Position numbers and translations under genes: made by a program
The notes under the pieces: generated by a model
Database searches by the model: none
Told to the model about the DNA's origin: nothing
What the model saw: only the letters and a program-made list of their open reading frames with translations
NCBI GenBank assembly: GCA_965113315.1
Contig: OZ220364.1
Direction: 5' to 3' (one strand)
DNA from: Podarcis vaucheri
Lineage: Eukaryota
DNA: 64,000 nucleotides
Shown: in pieces, positions 39,576 to 54,309 of the stretch
How the letters are laid out: each line of letters begins with the position of its first letter
Numbering within the stretch: position 1 is the stretch's first letter

Positions 39576-40794
39576 CTCTGAGGGTTCTCCCGATCCTCCA
39601 GAGTGGTGTGCATTCTTGGCTAAAAAATTTAAAGCTTGCTGACATCTTTCACATGGCGGCTTTTTCCCTGTTGCAGGTTGTTACAAGCCTCCTTTACAGG
39701 TTTCTAAGAGGTCTTACAATGAGAAGCTATCTAAAACACTGCCTGCAGAGTTCTGAAGAATTTGGGGAGCAACGTAGGATTAAAAAGAAAAGCTTAAATG
39801 AAATTTTGAACTTGAAGCACAATGATGGAGGTTTTTCTTTTTTTTTTTTTAAACAACGAACAATTTAGATATCCTCTGTGCTCTGCAAGCAACATTTTCA
39901 ACAGCCTCACTTTTTGCAAAGTCCATGGACAAAAAGGTAATACAGGGAAATACAGAACAGTTTTGGCACAGAAAAGTACAGAAACAGAACAATTGCTCTG
40001 TGAAGACCCCAATCTGACCAAAAACTATCCAGTTTTCAATGGGTTTTACATGCATACTCACCTACATGTACAGAGGAAAAATAGGTAAAATATATTTACC
40101 TCCTATTAGTAATTACAAAATATAATTGGCTATTTATTTTGCTGGCTGTTAGTTTGTTTGAATATTTTAAATCATTTCATAAAATTGAAAAAACAAGTCT
40201 TAGCACTAAGCAGTTTAGATCTGTGGTGGGCACAGCAACGGGAAAGACAGGATTTATTGCAGGTCAGGCCAGCTCTGCAGCAACAGCCCCACAGCTTGCC
40301 AGCACCCACTTCATTCTGCTCCTCAGAGAAGCCAGGCTTGCTGCCCACAGATCTTAGGTTGGCACAGCAGTGCTAGAAACATAAATTCCGGCAAGTAATG
40401 AAGAGCTACAGTGGCCTGGCTAGTAGTGTTGATAGCAGTGGTGGCAGTTGCAGGTAGGTAACAGGCTATTCGGCAGACCGTTTCATGGGTCCCTTGTGTG
40501 TGTTTATGTAGGAGACAAAGACTGAAGCCCTTTTCAAGAATTCTATACTTGCCTCAAACAAAACACGTGAGGGAGGAAGTGGAGACATGTGCCTAATTCC
40601 ACTCCACCATTCTTTCGGTTGCCCTCCAATTCAGGGAGTGCGCTACTTCTGCGCCTCTTTCATCGTTCTGGAAAACCAGAGTTTTAAAGCATGTGGGGAG
40701 CTTTCTTGAGTACAGGAGGCTCCCAACTTCAGAATTTTCTTCACCATGATTTGGAGAATGACCTAAACAATGATGGAGGCAGACCTAACACACT

Positions 40795-40925
40795 CATCCC
40801 AACATGGTGCCTTCCATATGTTTTGAACTACAACTCCTATTAGCCCCACTCAGCATGGCCAATGGTCAAGGATGCTGGGATTTGTAGCCCAAAATATCTG
40901 GAGGTCACCACACTGATGACCTCTG
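40795..40925. mobile_element. Degenerate palindromic hAT MITE related to 5491 and 47100
   Basis: ttccatatgttttgaactacaactcc ... gggatttgtagcccaaaatatctggagg inverted arms. Confidence 0.65.
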
Positions 40926-43499
40926 CTACAGTCAGTCCTTGTTTCTTTCAGGGGGCTATTATCTTGATTTCATCACACTGGGATGTATTTTAAGCACAAA
41001 ATTAAAAATAAATATTACCTTCTTGTGAGTTTCATTGATAAAACTTAGTCATAAACTCACCTTCAGTTTGTTCTTAGCTGTTTTTCAGCTGTTAGTAACA
41101 AAATTACATGTCAAATATATGTAAATTGCCAAACTGTAAGAGCATCCAAACTGTTCCCCAAAGCAAAAACCTGTCAAAGCTGTTCAAAATGTTTGTTATA
41201 TTGTACTAAAGAGATTTGCTACTCTCACATTCTAGAATGATTCCAATGGAGAAGCCCAAACCACAACAATTGTGAGAACCTAATTAGGGATTAAATAAAG
41301 GTTCTTTCAAATACATATACTGTATTTTGTTACAGGCACAGATCCTTTAGGGGGAATTAAATGTTACACTAAGGTAAATTATTCTGTCAGGGCAAGAATT
41401 TGGGCTTGCCAGATAGAGTGATCCCCCCTTCTTCCCTGCCATGCTCTTCCAGCAGTTGTCCTCACCCCAATCTTGGGGGGCACAGGGGCGCACCAGGAGG
41501 GGGAGAACTCATTAGTTGAATGCCATCCTTTGTCATGAAAAGTGATGGAAATATTAAGGTTAGTTATGCACACAAAAGCCAGCATCAAATGAGCAGTCTA
41601 TACTGGTTGTCCATACCACCATACCACTAATTATATACTGGGCAAAAGCCACTATGGAATCAATACAAGCCCTCTGTGCTTACATGCTGACTAATGTTTG
41701 CCGCCTTCCACAGATGTTTTTGTTAAAAGAAAAAAATAGGGTACTCTTTGGGAGATGGTAACATGCATGTATCGTGTAAGGTCTAGTTTGCCTAATTAGC
41801 AATGCACTCATATACATGTATACTCAGATGTAAGTCTCACTGAGTTCAAGTTAGTAAATATAGAACTGAGGCTTCGTTCACTTAAAGCAGCTGCATTAGA
41901 GAGACTAGCCAAAGCGCCAATCAATTCTTTCTCTACCAACTACTTTTCATGCAGAAACTAGCAAAAAGCGGCACTGATTGATTGGACATTGACAGAAGCA
42001 AAAGGAACTGACAGCACCTTTGCTTTTATTATGCAAGCTAAGTTATTTAAGGAGAGACGCCAAGGGCTAAATCAGGCACTTGCCGGCTCGTGCCTGACAT
42101 TTAGAAAAGCCCACAAGAAAGTTCCCTCATTCTTATTCTCGTCCTGAATGCTCTTCCAATACTTTTCCAAGCTGGGGTTTCCCTGAAGGAGCAGCATGCC
42201 TTAGCTTAACAAAATGCACTGATTATTTCCAGCTTGTCAGTCTGTAATTTGAATTTATTGTTTGTGGGTTTTATTTACAAATGCTCATTACTCTCCCATT
42301 TTCCTCATCTATCCTCTAAGTTCCCTTCCAGCTTTTTCAATTATTTCCCCATATTGTCAGTTTATCAATTATATCACTAAGATTCATTCTTGGTGAACAC
42401 AATTTGTTCCTATTGCATGAATTTTGACAGCATGATTCATTCTGGAGCTCAGTATGGAATTCAAAGACATGGTGCTTTTAGAGCAAAACAAATATGCAGG
42501 AAACCTTTTGCCCCTGAATGAAACATGTTGGCAGAATACATCAGGGGGGAAACTGTCTACATTCACACCACACTTTAAAGCAACAGAAATAGAGTAATCT
42601 CTGATCATATTAATTTCATTGCTTTATCTAACTTCTTTTAGTGTAGTAGGGTTGTGGTTTGGTATGCAGCATTATGCTAAAGTGCCAAAGTCCCACAATC
42701 TATTTGCCACCCATCTCCAGGTGAAAAAGATAGAGAGAGCACCATCAGGCTCTTCAAGAGTTCAGAACATCTCCCCTTGAAGTATAGGAAAAGCATTTGG
42801 TTGGTTGGTTGGTTTTTTAAAATTTTGACAGACTAAGGGAGAACATAAACAGAAGTTTGAAAAAATAAGAACTGTAAAAATAATAGATTTCTTATTTTCT
42901 CTCAAACTATTACAACTTAGGGTCACTCAATGAAAATGAATCTCAGTCTTGACCTTACTGTCAACTTGTCAGTCTTATTTCATTTATTTTATAAATATGT
43001 GTGTTTTCCCTTCCAAAAGTTTAAAGCAACTTGCAAAATATTTATTTAAAATCTATTGAAGATGAGAATACTCTTATCATTAAGACGAGTTACCAAAAAG
43101 AACCCAAACAGCTGTGGGGATGTGGTGAACTCGATTTACGGTTGGAAAAATGAGAAAATTGGGAAAATCAAGACCGACAGATTTGTCCACCTCTAGGGCA
43201 GAGCTAAAGTGCTCATCCCCACTGCCTCCTTCTCATGTGATCACTTCTCATGTAGTTTTCACATGAAGAGGGTATATAATACCATGTTCAGTTAACTAAT
43301 GCAATTCAGTAGCACAAGAAGTGACAATAACCATTAAGTTAAAATGCTCTTTTTTTAAAAAAATCATTTATAGGAGAAAGGTATATCACTGGTTATTGGT
43401 GATTTAACCATTATAACTAAATGGAGCCACCAATGTCTGAATGGTAGATGCTGGGGACAGCCAAAAGAGTTCAGCTCTTCATCCGAGGATCATATTTAC

Positions 43500-43830
43500 A
43501 AAATATTTATATTTATATTTACAAAATAAAGCCAAAAGTATATATAACATAGTAACAAATAAAAACAATACCCACCCCCAAGTTTAAAAGTCCATAGGTT
43601 GTTTAATTAGCTAAATGCCTGGGAGAAGAGGGATGTTTTTGCCTAGCACCTAAAGATGGGCAACAAAGGCACCAGGTGAGCTTCCCTGCAAAGAACATCC
43701 CACAAATGGAACCACCACAGAAAAGGCCCATTTTCATATTGCCGCCTTCCAGACCTCTCACGGAAGAGGTACATGAAGAAAAGCCTCAGATGGTTATCAC
43801 AGGGTCCAAGTTGGTTCACATGGGGGGAGG
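43500..43830 (-). mobile_element. L2-like LINE 3' remnant
   Basis: Reverse strand encodes GPF(L/S)WW/AFSVV-type motif (ggccttttctgtggtggttcc) followed by an AT-rich tail. Confidence 0.55.
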
Positions 43831-46800
43831 TGGTCCTCTGCTGTTTGACTTCAGTCCCCATTCCCTGACCACGCTGGCTAGGGCTGATGGGAGTTGGAGT
43901 CAAACACCACACTGTCCATTTCTGGACTAGATGGACCTTAGCCTGTACAAGCAAAACATGCTTCACTGGTTGCTTTGACAATGCTGTTATGCTTTCTAAG
44001 TAAGTTTCTTGCGTTATGACTTCGCTTACAAACTAACCCACACTTCTATAGTTCAGCTTTATTTCAGGTTACCAAAGTAACAGCTCAATAAGGTTTTACA
44101 GGGCTGAAAAATTTTCAAAGCCTTGGAATTTCTTCAGATCAGATAAAGTTAAGATGAAGTGTGCTCCTTCGTTTAGTTATTCTCAATAAGGAACACCCAA
44201 GAGGATCTTTGTGTTTCATAACCAAGTGCTTTCTTTACAAAAGGAACACAAAAATGATGAGCTTCTCCCACATACACACATTTTTTACATAGCTCTGGGT
44301 TTCAAGTGGGCTGATGACAGAAGTGCTTCCTAGCCTTGCATGTAACAATAACAATCTGACTTTTAGAATCTATCATTTCCTTTCCCAATATCATGGGGTA
44401 TGTAGAACCTGGTAATTTGCAAGGATCAGGATGTGAGGGACTTTATCTTTCCCTGCTGCATTCATTTCCGCATTTCAAGTGGTTCAAGGCACGTGCTCTC
44501 TGCTTTTACACATTTATTTAGATGGTGCGCATTTCTCTATATAGATCTTTCCCCACAACATTCATCCCAAGGCTGTGCAGTGTCTGCAGCTGATCTGGAG
44601 CTTGAGGAAGCACAATAGGGAAAATCTTCAAAATGACTGTCGTACATGGCATCAGAGAAGCCATTTGTTAAGCTTTACATAAGGCTCTGGTCTCTCATGG
44701 CCAACTTTGATTGCTTTCCAGATGGGAATGAAAAAGTAACCATTGAAATTCTCAGAGAAAGGGTGGGGAACACTTCAAAGGGCTAGCCAGTAGCATTTTC
44801 CTCACTATTTCCTGATTCAAATCTGTCCTCGCCTCAAAGCTTCTCCTCTAGGTATTGCTGAAGAATGCTTCAAAACCTCTCTGTGTGCAAGCCCCTTTTA
44901 TGTCCACAGAGCCTGAGCCAATGCAAGGCTTTGAAGATCACACTGCTTGGCTATTCAGAGGGAAATTGGGGGAAAATGTTTAAAAAATGAGAAAACAGGT
45001 GATCAGCTGCTCTTTGCATTCGCCCGTCTTGAACGACTTGGGAAATTAAAAAGGAAAGATAGAAATATACGGTTCTTTCCCAATTCTGTGACAGACACAA
45101 CAATATACAACCCAAGTGGCTGCTGCTATTGATTTTGTTAACGTTTTAAGAGGTAAAACGCATTTGTTACCCTGTTTCTTGGCAAAAAAAGGCACACTGA
45201 ACATTCAAATCCTGTTCTCAATGCATCTAAAACAGAGCCTGCTCAGCACATGTACGCATTAAAAAAAATTCCGTGTCAGCTATCGATATCTGATTTGGTC
45301 AATTTAAGTTTCATCTGCAGAGTCTGTAGTTGAAAATACATTGTTCAATCAGCGCACTGTAGTCACCAAAAGCACCAGCCCTGTCATCTCTCCACCGTAA
45401 TGTTCATAGCACTTAGAAGACCCAATGTGACATTACTGCAGCGAGTTTCCCTTTCTCTGCAAACAGTAGTCAATGAATTGGAACAAGGGCAGACAAGTTG
45501 GAGTGTGAGGTCACATCACACCATTTGCCGCTTCCTATATTACAGGGAAAACATGGAACTGGTGCTTACGACAAGACCCATAACGCACAGCTGCATTTTC
45601 CACAACTACCAACCAACCATGTTCTCAAAACAATATTTTATGATGGTAACAAGCAATGAGGGAGTCATAAAATTCAACCCTGAGATTTATTTTACTTTTA
45701 TTATGTTGAGTACATTCACTCCTACCTATGAAAATTCTTCTAAGGAAGGCAATATTTCAGAGGAAGAAGAAACAATTTTCTTTTGTGATCCATTCTGCAT
45801 TCATGGTATGAAAAGTTCATTTTATACAAGAATCCATTTCTTGTGGCTGAGGACAGTGTCAAAATATGTTTAAAAAGACATATGGGAATGAGTAATAGAG
45901 GCAAACACATTTCTGAAAGAATTTTGAGGCAACACTAAGAACATTTTACTATGGAAACAATAAATGAACTTTATGTCACTCTGAATTTTTGTTCAAAGGT
46001 AGAAAATTGAGAGGTAGGTACCATTTGGAATGGGTTTATTATATATCCCAATATAAGCAAATCTCCTTGCAAAATGGACATTTTTTCCAACTAAAAATGC
46101 AGTTTTAGAAAATAAAAGTTGAATATATGATATAAAACATTATAGTGTATCATATACTTGGAGGTACCCAGTAAAAACTAGTCTGGTTCATCAATTCCTA
46201 GTGTGTGTGTGTTTATGTTCACCAAATACTTGATTGTTCAGCTACTGCAAATCAAAGCTGCACAAACTACATGGATGCCCAGTTTGCACATAATCCTAAA
46301 CCATTATTCAGCGTTATGAGGGTGAGCCTAGGCAAGTCTTGAGCTTGCATAATCCTCTATCCCTTATCCTCCTCCAGTGTTTCTGCAAGGAATAGATAGA
46401 AGATTCCTAATTCCTTTTTCGCTTAACCCCTGTTTAGCACTATGTCCACTAAACTGTGGTTAATCTTAACTATGGTTAGTGAAGACAAAATCTGCTTCCT
46501 AAATGTGTTTATGAAGAGGAATGCAGTTTCATGGTTTTATTTTTCCCTACGCAGGAGCAGTGACTACCTGTACAGCATTAGAGCAGTTGATGGACCCTCC
46601 TTACTCTGGCAAGAAAATGAGGCAATAATGAGGCATCTAAGATTTACCACAGTGTCTGACATATTTACATAAAGGAAGTCAGAAAATGAGGCCTATGGCT
46701 CTCAGACAAACCTAATATAGAATATAAAATTGATCCAGCAAAATCTTTTAAACTCCATCTCCCTGCCATCCTAGAGGTGTGAGGCATAGAGGAAGAGAGT

Positions 46801-47099
46801 GCATGAGCTTGAAGCTTACCATAAGTCATCCTCATAATGCTGTAATGCAAACACTCAAGTGTTAGGCTGCACTTCTGCATCAAGCATGTCAATCATCTCA
46901 CAGTATTAAGCATCAGAGAAACAATTCTCAACTGACATTCTACATCTTGATCTTTTCTGTGAGGATTACGTAACCCTACTGAAAGACACCAGGACTTGTT
47001 ATTTGAAATCATATGAACAAAGATTGTGCAAAGAACTAGTGGGCAAATGTTTGAAGAATGGGCAGGAGGCTCCTAGCACAAAGAAAGAATAATCCAAAG

Positions 47100-47235
47100 C
47101 AGTGGTGGCCAAACTTGGCCCTCCAGATGTTTTGGAACTACAATTCCCATCATCCCTGACCACTAGTTCTGTTAGCTAGGGGTGATGGGAGATGAAGTCC
47201 CAAAACATCTGGCGGGCCGAGTTTGGCCACCACTG
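47100..47235. mobile_element. hAT-type palindromic MITE (136 bp)
   Basis: TIR cagtggtggccaaact / agtttggccaccactg. Perfect 8-bp TSD atccaaag (47092-47099 / 47236-47243). Confidence 0.92.
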
Positions 47236-48882
47236 ATCCAAAGGGAAGGATGGTGAAGAAGCAAACAAGGCAGAGGTGCCAAATCCCAAAATCTGCTCTA
47301 GGGAAGTTGAATTCCCCTCAACAACAAAAATCCTTCTCAGTGGTTCCAACAGGAGAAAAAAAAATCAGTGTATCAGCTATATTTTCCCCAGTTCATTCAG
47401 GGTACATGTCAAACATACATCCTGGAACACTTGGTTTTTCCCCTCCACACTATTGGAGCACTGATGGTGTGAAAGGAGAGCTACAGCAGCAGCAATCAAA
47501 CCTCCATGGGTGGATTTCCCTTTCTGCCTGTCAAAAAGTATCATAAGATTGTACCCCAACAATGTGATCCTGTACATGTTCTCTCAAAAAAAGTCTCACT
47601 GTGTTTGCTTCGTAGTGAGCATGTTGGGGAAGAGAGGCCAGGAAAGCCATTTCTTATCCCATGTAATCTTTTTTTACATGTCTTTATAGATAGGTTACAA
47701 CCCAAACACTTAATGATTTTAAATGAAGTCCCATATGAAGAAATGCAAAGCTTTCTAAATGCAGCTCTGTGGAGTATAACATTTAAAAATGATCACTGAA
47801 TATATTTTACAGAGTATCTGTTCAGAAGTACTGCAATCCAAGGATATACTTGGATATTACAAGCAATATTTGCACAGCATCCTAACCTATTTTCACCCAG
47901 CCATACTTGTGGTATCTTTCAGTCATCCACTGAATGTCCTAATGAATAGAATATATTTCTTCTGTCTTATGAAAAACAGGCAAAGACCACTTGCTGATTT
48001 ATCAAAACTAACTAAAAGAAAAATCCTAAATGGTTACTTAAAGGGGCACTTTTTTGTAATTAGCTGAATAAATGGGATGGAAGTTACTATAAGCAACGGA
48101 AAAGTGTTTACCTAGACATCGGGAAAGTGCATATCAGCTCACTAATTGGCAGTCCCTTAAGACTATGATACAAACTTTGGGTATAAAATAATTTGCTTCA
48201 TGCATCTCTTAATAAGTGAAGAAAACGCAGATAAAGATCAGTTTTGTGGATATAGCCACACAGGGAATTGAGAAACCTAATTGCTATTTTCACATTCATT
48301 CCCCCCACCATTTCTGTTTCTTTCCAGTGACCTACTCCCAAAACAAACAGTTGAGTTTAATAACAGAGCACCAAAGGCTTATTTCTCAGTCTGTTCCAGG
48401 AGGACGGTGTTTAACTTCTCACCTGCTTGAAAATTACTACTGAAAATTAGTACTGAAAGCAGTATCCTCTAACTATGCAAAAATGATTCACAGCCAAACA
48501 GCAGCCTTGGGGAAAAAACAGATGAGATAAATAGACAACAAGTTCACATATAGTGGTGTCATTGAAAGCACTCATATCCCATCACTTCACTCCTTTAGCT
48601 CAATTAAAATTAGTGGGATGGTAGACTGAAAAGTCCAACAACATTAGGGAAGGGCTTCCAGGGCAAACCCCAGAAGTGTCACCACCCAGTTAGCCTGCAG
48701 GGCCAGTGTTTCCCCTGGCCAGAGGATGTGGCACTGCCTTCCTTGGACTCATGGAGGACTCAGTGTGACCAGAGACTCCTCTGTTACATCACAGAAAAAA
48801 CAAATTGAGGATGCTGGGCCCCTTTTAAGCAAGGCACTGTCTTCAAAAATAAGTAGGACTTTATAAGTGGCGGTTGTGCTGC

Positions 48883-48888
<6 letters not shown>

Positions 48889-48928
<40 letters not shown>
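48889..48928. repeat. (AG)20 microsatellite
   Basis: Read directly. It abuts the 5' end of a SINE. Confidence 0.97.
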
Positions 48929-48930
<2 letters not shown>

Positions 48931-49278
48931 GCTGTGGTCTAAACCACTGAGCCTAGGGCTTGCTGATCGGAAGGTCTGTGGTTCGAATCCCCGCGACGGG
49001 GTGAGCTCCCATTGCTCGGTCCCTGCTCCTGCCAACCTAGCAGTTCGAAAGCACGTCAAAGTGCAAGTAGATAAATAGGTACCACTCCGGCGGGATGGTA
49101 AACAGCGTTTCCGTGCGCTACTCTGGTTCGCCAGAAGTGGCTTAGTCATGCTGGCCACATGACCCGGAAAAACTGTCCGTGGACAAACGTCGGCTCCATC
49201 GGCCAGTAAAGCAAGATGAGCGCCGCAACCCCCGAGTCATTCGCGACTGGACTTAACTGTCCAGGGTCCTTTACCTTT
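48928..49278 (+). mobile_element. Sauria (Squam1-type) SINE, slightly 5'-clipped
   Basis: B box ggttcgaatcc, conserved body gtgcaagtagataaataggtacc and tail cctttaccttt. Confidence 0.9.
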
Positions 49279-51019
49279 CATATATATAATGACATGACTG
49301 AGGAGGTGCAGTTGTTTGCTGCTGAAGCAACATACGAGTTTGGTTTTCATAGACTACAGTCTAAGTACCTTCATTCAACTTGAACCTTTCCATACCTAAC
49401 CCACTCCTGTCTCAGTCTGCCCTGTACCCAACTTGAACCTCAGCCTGCACCCAGCCTGAGTTTGGCCCTGCCTCAGCACACAGCACAACAGCTAGCAATG
49501 ATCCTGACTAAAATCCCCTCCCTCTGTGCTGCTATTCATCTTTGGTAGGTGAGTGGGGGAATGCTCCCACTGTTGCCACTGGGAGTCCCACCCGCCAGGT
49601 GCAAAGCAGTGTTTTGTGTCCACAGGGTAGACTTCTGCTTCATGATTGAGCTAGGAGTTCCAGGAGACTCTTATGGGAGGACAGTTAGGGCAGTTCCACT
49701 AGGGTGGGATTATTACTTTATCTAAAAGCAAATTATGGTTAAAAACATCTTATTTGAATATATTTAACAGGGAGGGATCTTCTCCCCTCCAGCTTCTCAG
49801 TCTTCATAATGGATGGGGTATTTAAATACCACCTGATATTTAGTGACGTATGATTGTAGTCTGGTATACAGGTTTGCTGTTTTGATTTCATTCCGCAACC
49901 CTTTTTTTCATTTTCATTGTTACTTGCCTGTTTTCTCCTATGTCTACACATTTTTGTATGTAAAAGTAAAATTCAATAAAAATGTTTTCATTTTTAGATC
50001 TAAAAACACTTTAAAACATTGTTTCAATATTAAGCAATTCCCATGAACATTGATCACTGCTAAGTTTGAGAGTTAAATAGAGTTGTGGCCTATTTTAATC
50101 CAATTGATGGTGACCATCTGCAAAGAGTCACCTGCCAGTACAGCTCCTGCCTGCACAGCTAAACACTCGCTCCTTAGGCTACAGTTCCAAGTTCCTAAAG
50201 AGCAGAACCAAGCTGCTTGCATCCTTGCCAGTGCTGCAAGTAGCCCAGCAGAATGTTTGCAAAGGAATAATTATAGCTAATGTCAATTTCGACCTTTTGT
50301 TTGATCATCCCAAAGGAAAGCTGTGTTAATAGGTGAGAATTGCATCTCAGCAGACATCAGAGTTGCCAGGGGGCTCAGGAGCAACAGGATTGTTTCGGCT
50401 GCTGGGTCTTGGTGATAAATGAGAACTGAGACAACTGCTAGGAGATTTGCAGCATATTGGCAACAACAAGCTGATCAGGAGTGACATCAGCGTAGCTGTG
50501 GCATGGTGCCAGGACGCTACAAATCAGGCACATTTAGGCCTCTTCCTTTTTCTCAATTTGCCCACTGGGGAATGACAATTATTATGGCTAGCCAGGGTTT
50601 AGAATCATCCAACTTGCAATCAATAGTAAGTTATTGTATTGGCAGTTGCCCTGTGTTTGATGACAGCCTGACAACTTTCACAGCACTGACCTTAATGAAT
50701 GGTCTCCGTGCAATGTCAAGTGGAAGCCAGAGAAGTGCCTTAGCCATGCTTTGCAGCAGGAGGATGATTATCATTTTCAAGTCATTTGAGAGACATAAAG
50801 GAGCAGAACAGAAAAGGGTTGTCATGTAACTTATAGGAAGTCTATGGGGACACACTCAAGAGCATTAAAATAAGGCTTCTTTCACCTTAGCGATCCTGAC
50901 TTAAATGGGATGGTTATTGGCAAGTGAAAAGGTGGGTGTTTCCCTCCCTTTCAGTGTATAGTTCTATCTGTGAATATGGGACACACACACGTCACATAGA
51001 TGTATTTTTGAAACTGGCT

Positions 51020-51141
51020 AGGAGGAGAGAGGGCCATTGCTTGTGGGCTTCCCATAGGCATCTGGTTGGCGGCTGTGAGAACTAGATGCTGGGATAGATG
51101 AGCCTTTGGACTGATCCAGCAGGGTTCTTTTGTTCTTATGA
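51020..51141 (+). mobile_element. CR1-type LINE 3' end
   Basis: cccataggcatctggttggc...ctgatccagcagggttcttttgttcttatg. A reverse-oriented relative lies at ~14358-14440. Confidence 0.65.
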
Positions 51142-53473
51142 CTTGAGATTGTTATTATAGAAGGAAAGGAAGTTGGATTATTCTCTTTAATTTTTCTGTA
51201 CAAAAGTAGCTGCCATGTAGTTATTGGTGAGAACAAATGAATTTACAATACCACAAGTTAAGTAGATGAGAGAGTTGTTTTACTGTTTGCAACTTTTGTC
51301 TATTTTAATACCTATAAAATACTGAAGCGAACTTCAGTTATAAGGTGGACTATCAACTGTATAAATAAATAAAACACCTTCTAGCCTGCTGAGCTGGGAG
51401 AAGGGAGCCAGGCTCTGATTTTTAGTTTAGGTGTTAAAGTTAATAATGCATTTTTTAAATGTAGGCAGGCTATGTTGAAACTAGTATTTCTAACTGAAGT
51501 TACAATAACTTAAACAATAAAACAAACAATAAAAAAGAAAAGTTTAAAAGTTATAAGTAGTAAAGGCATGGGCAACAGCTGATCTCCCGGCCTCTGACTC
51601 TCATTTGTAAGATGAGAGTGAACAAGAATTCTGTCTTGCCATTTTGTCTTGTGAGCTGCCCAGTGAACTCTTATTATGGGGCACCAACATAAATGCAGAA
51701 AAATGAACAGATAAATGGTATGCCTTGATCAAATCATCTTTCTAAACAACAACCTGGAATTGCTTCTATGGCTTAGGCCACTGGTTGCTTTTGACTCTTT
51801 TGCCATGTTACACCCACTTGCTATGCACCTGCTAGATCCTTGATACATACTGCCATGTGAATCAAACTTTATGACCTGTAAACAGCATTAACCATTTTTT
51901 CTGGCATTCATTCATTTCACTCCTTTGTTAATTAACTGGGGAAGAATGGGAAGGGCATTGTTAAATACCCATGGGAAAAGGAGGGAGGGGATGGGCACAG
52001 GAGGGGAGAGGTGTGGCAAAATGGGCATGAGTGAAGGAGGCAGCATGATGGCACTTGAGGGCTAACAGCCTGCTTGATGAATAGCCCACAAAAACCTGGA
52101 AGAGAAAAGCCCCAAGGCAAGCTACTAGTTTTATGGTGCAAAATGCTTCTCTAAGCTGTTTTCCTAAGATATACTTCCTCCCAAATGCTAAGAAGTTAAA
52201 ATCAGCATCTAAAGATAAAGCCAAACTTTATAGAGATGCTCAACCTTGTTTAGAGAAAAATTAACCCGGATTTTGTACTTATCACCATGCTCGATAACAG
52301 CTTAATCCAAATACATTCAACCTAATCAAATTACTATCTCTGAAGGCTACAGGGATAAATTTACAGTGTTGGAATCCTATTTATACAGTGAAATCCTTTA
52401 AACTAAATAGCTGGGATTGGACAGGGTAGCTAATAAATGAAAACATGCTGTACCAAATAAAATATATAGCCTATTTCATCTGCCTTAACAAAACTTATTT
52501 AGCTGGTAGGTTCACTGGAGTATCAAAGGAGGCCTGGAAAGGTGAAATTAATCATGGAAAAGTGAAGTGTAGCAAGAGGCTTATCGAAATCTTGATGCTG
52601 TAAAAGTTGCTAGTGGGGTGTGATTTCTCTGATGAAAATTTCATTTGCATCAAGAGCTTAAACATGTTTTTGCACTTGATGTTAATATCACACATAAATG
52701 TGACTGGATGACACTGTTACAAAGCAAAGCCCACTCAATGTGCAGGGCAGTAGAAGAGGAGGATGATTAATACTGATGAATGCTGTTTTCCTGACTCTTA
52801 GAATCCAATTAAATTGCTGAAGTCCTGAAGGTGAAGAGAGAAGAAATGTCTAGTTTCGACAGCAATAGTTTTATATATCCATTAAAACTGAGGAGAAACA
52901 GCGACTTCTAAAGGAGGAAGGAGACACTTCTTTTACTCATCTTATTAAACCCAATCTCCAACCCTTGTGCCCAAGGCTACCTTCAACATGGCATTTTTTG
53001 TTGTTTCCAACACAAGGGAGCATAATCTGCACTTCCCTGTTCTTAGCCTTAGCCAATAAGATGCATTTCTGTACCTATTTATCAGATTTGTGTTCTACTC
53101 TTTCTCCCCATTCCTCAGGGAACTATATAGGGGGGTTATCCACAGTACCCTCAACCACTCTCTGAAAGTACTCATCTAAGGAAGTTCATGCAGCAGGGCA
53201 AACCTGAGTTTTGAACCCTATTCAAAATCTAGCATTCAATCCACTATACTTCACCAGCACTGAGAAACTCATCAGAACCATCTACACAGATATAATCGGA
53301 ACCAACCTGTGAGTTGCTGTTCTCAGGCTCTGACACGGCTATGATATGGACAATTCCAGCCCCAGCAACATTTCCTACAACAATGTTTGAAGCTGTCATA
53401 TAAATGGTTGCTCCAGAGTAAGAAGGAATCAAGGAAGTCAGTTGTGCTCTTTGTCTGAAATGTGTTTAATAAA

Positions 53474-53593
53474 ACATGACCTGGAAGCTGTCTGCGGACA
53501 AATGCCGGCTCCCTCGGCCTATAGAGCGAGATGAGCGCGCAACCCCAGAGTTGTCCACAACTGGACCTAACGGTCAGGGGTACCTTTACCTTT
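53474..53593 (+). mobile_element. 5'-truncated Sauria SINE (3' part)
   Basis: acatgacctggaagctgtctgcggacaaa...ggggtacctttaccttt matches the 3' half of the other copies. Confidence 0.85.
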
Positions 53594-54309
53594 AAATGTT
53601 CTATATAAGTGAAATAATAAACTCTTTGGTAACATTTTGTACTAAAATAGTTTTACTATAGTTGTCCCAAGTAATTTCCCCCTATTTCTGTTTGACGTTA
53701 CATCCAGCTGGGCATCTGATGACACATTTTATAATTTACCTTTAGAAATATTTTAATTGCCAGTTTCTCAAAATCCATTAAAGAGGCTCTCCATGTACCA
53801 GACTATATTTTAGTATTTATATAATCACTCCGCTGAAGGTAACTCCTTCCTATATTAGAAGGTCACTCAGTAAGACACTATTTCAGAAACTTCCTCTCTC
53901 CAGTATATCAGGTTTGGCTAATAAGAAAACTTAGTTATGACCTTTTAACTGTTTGTTAAATGTAACAAGAGGTCAATAAAAGATATACAAATTTTGATGA
54001 CATTTTAAAATGTATCCCTTACACCAGAAAGAGGGAACCTTTTTCCAGCTGAGGTCTGCACTACTTTGATCAGAACCTGCTGGTTGTCCACACTGCAGCA
54101 AAGTTGGCAAAGCCAGAACAAGTGACAAAAGTAGAACATAAACATGAATATAGGGGCATTTCTCCAGACCCTCTGCCTGTATGCTTTCTCAATCTTACCC
54201 AAAGCTAAAAAGAACAGTGAGAAGAAATAAGACGACTGCCCAGGGTTCCTGACTACGGAGTAGAGGGCAAAGGCATTACAGTACTTCTCTATGGTCTCCA
54301 TATACTGTA

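Noticed and set aside
45400-45873. 157-aa ORF
   Set aside because: No recognisable domain, AT-rich non-coding composition and no convincing exon context.
51970-52015. G-rich tract as possible G-quadruplex
   Set aside because: Irregular G-runs with no supporting context; such tracts are common by chance.
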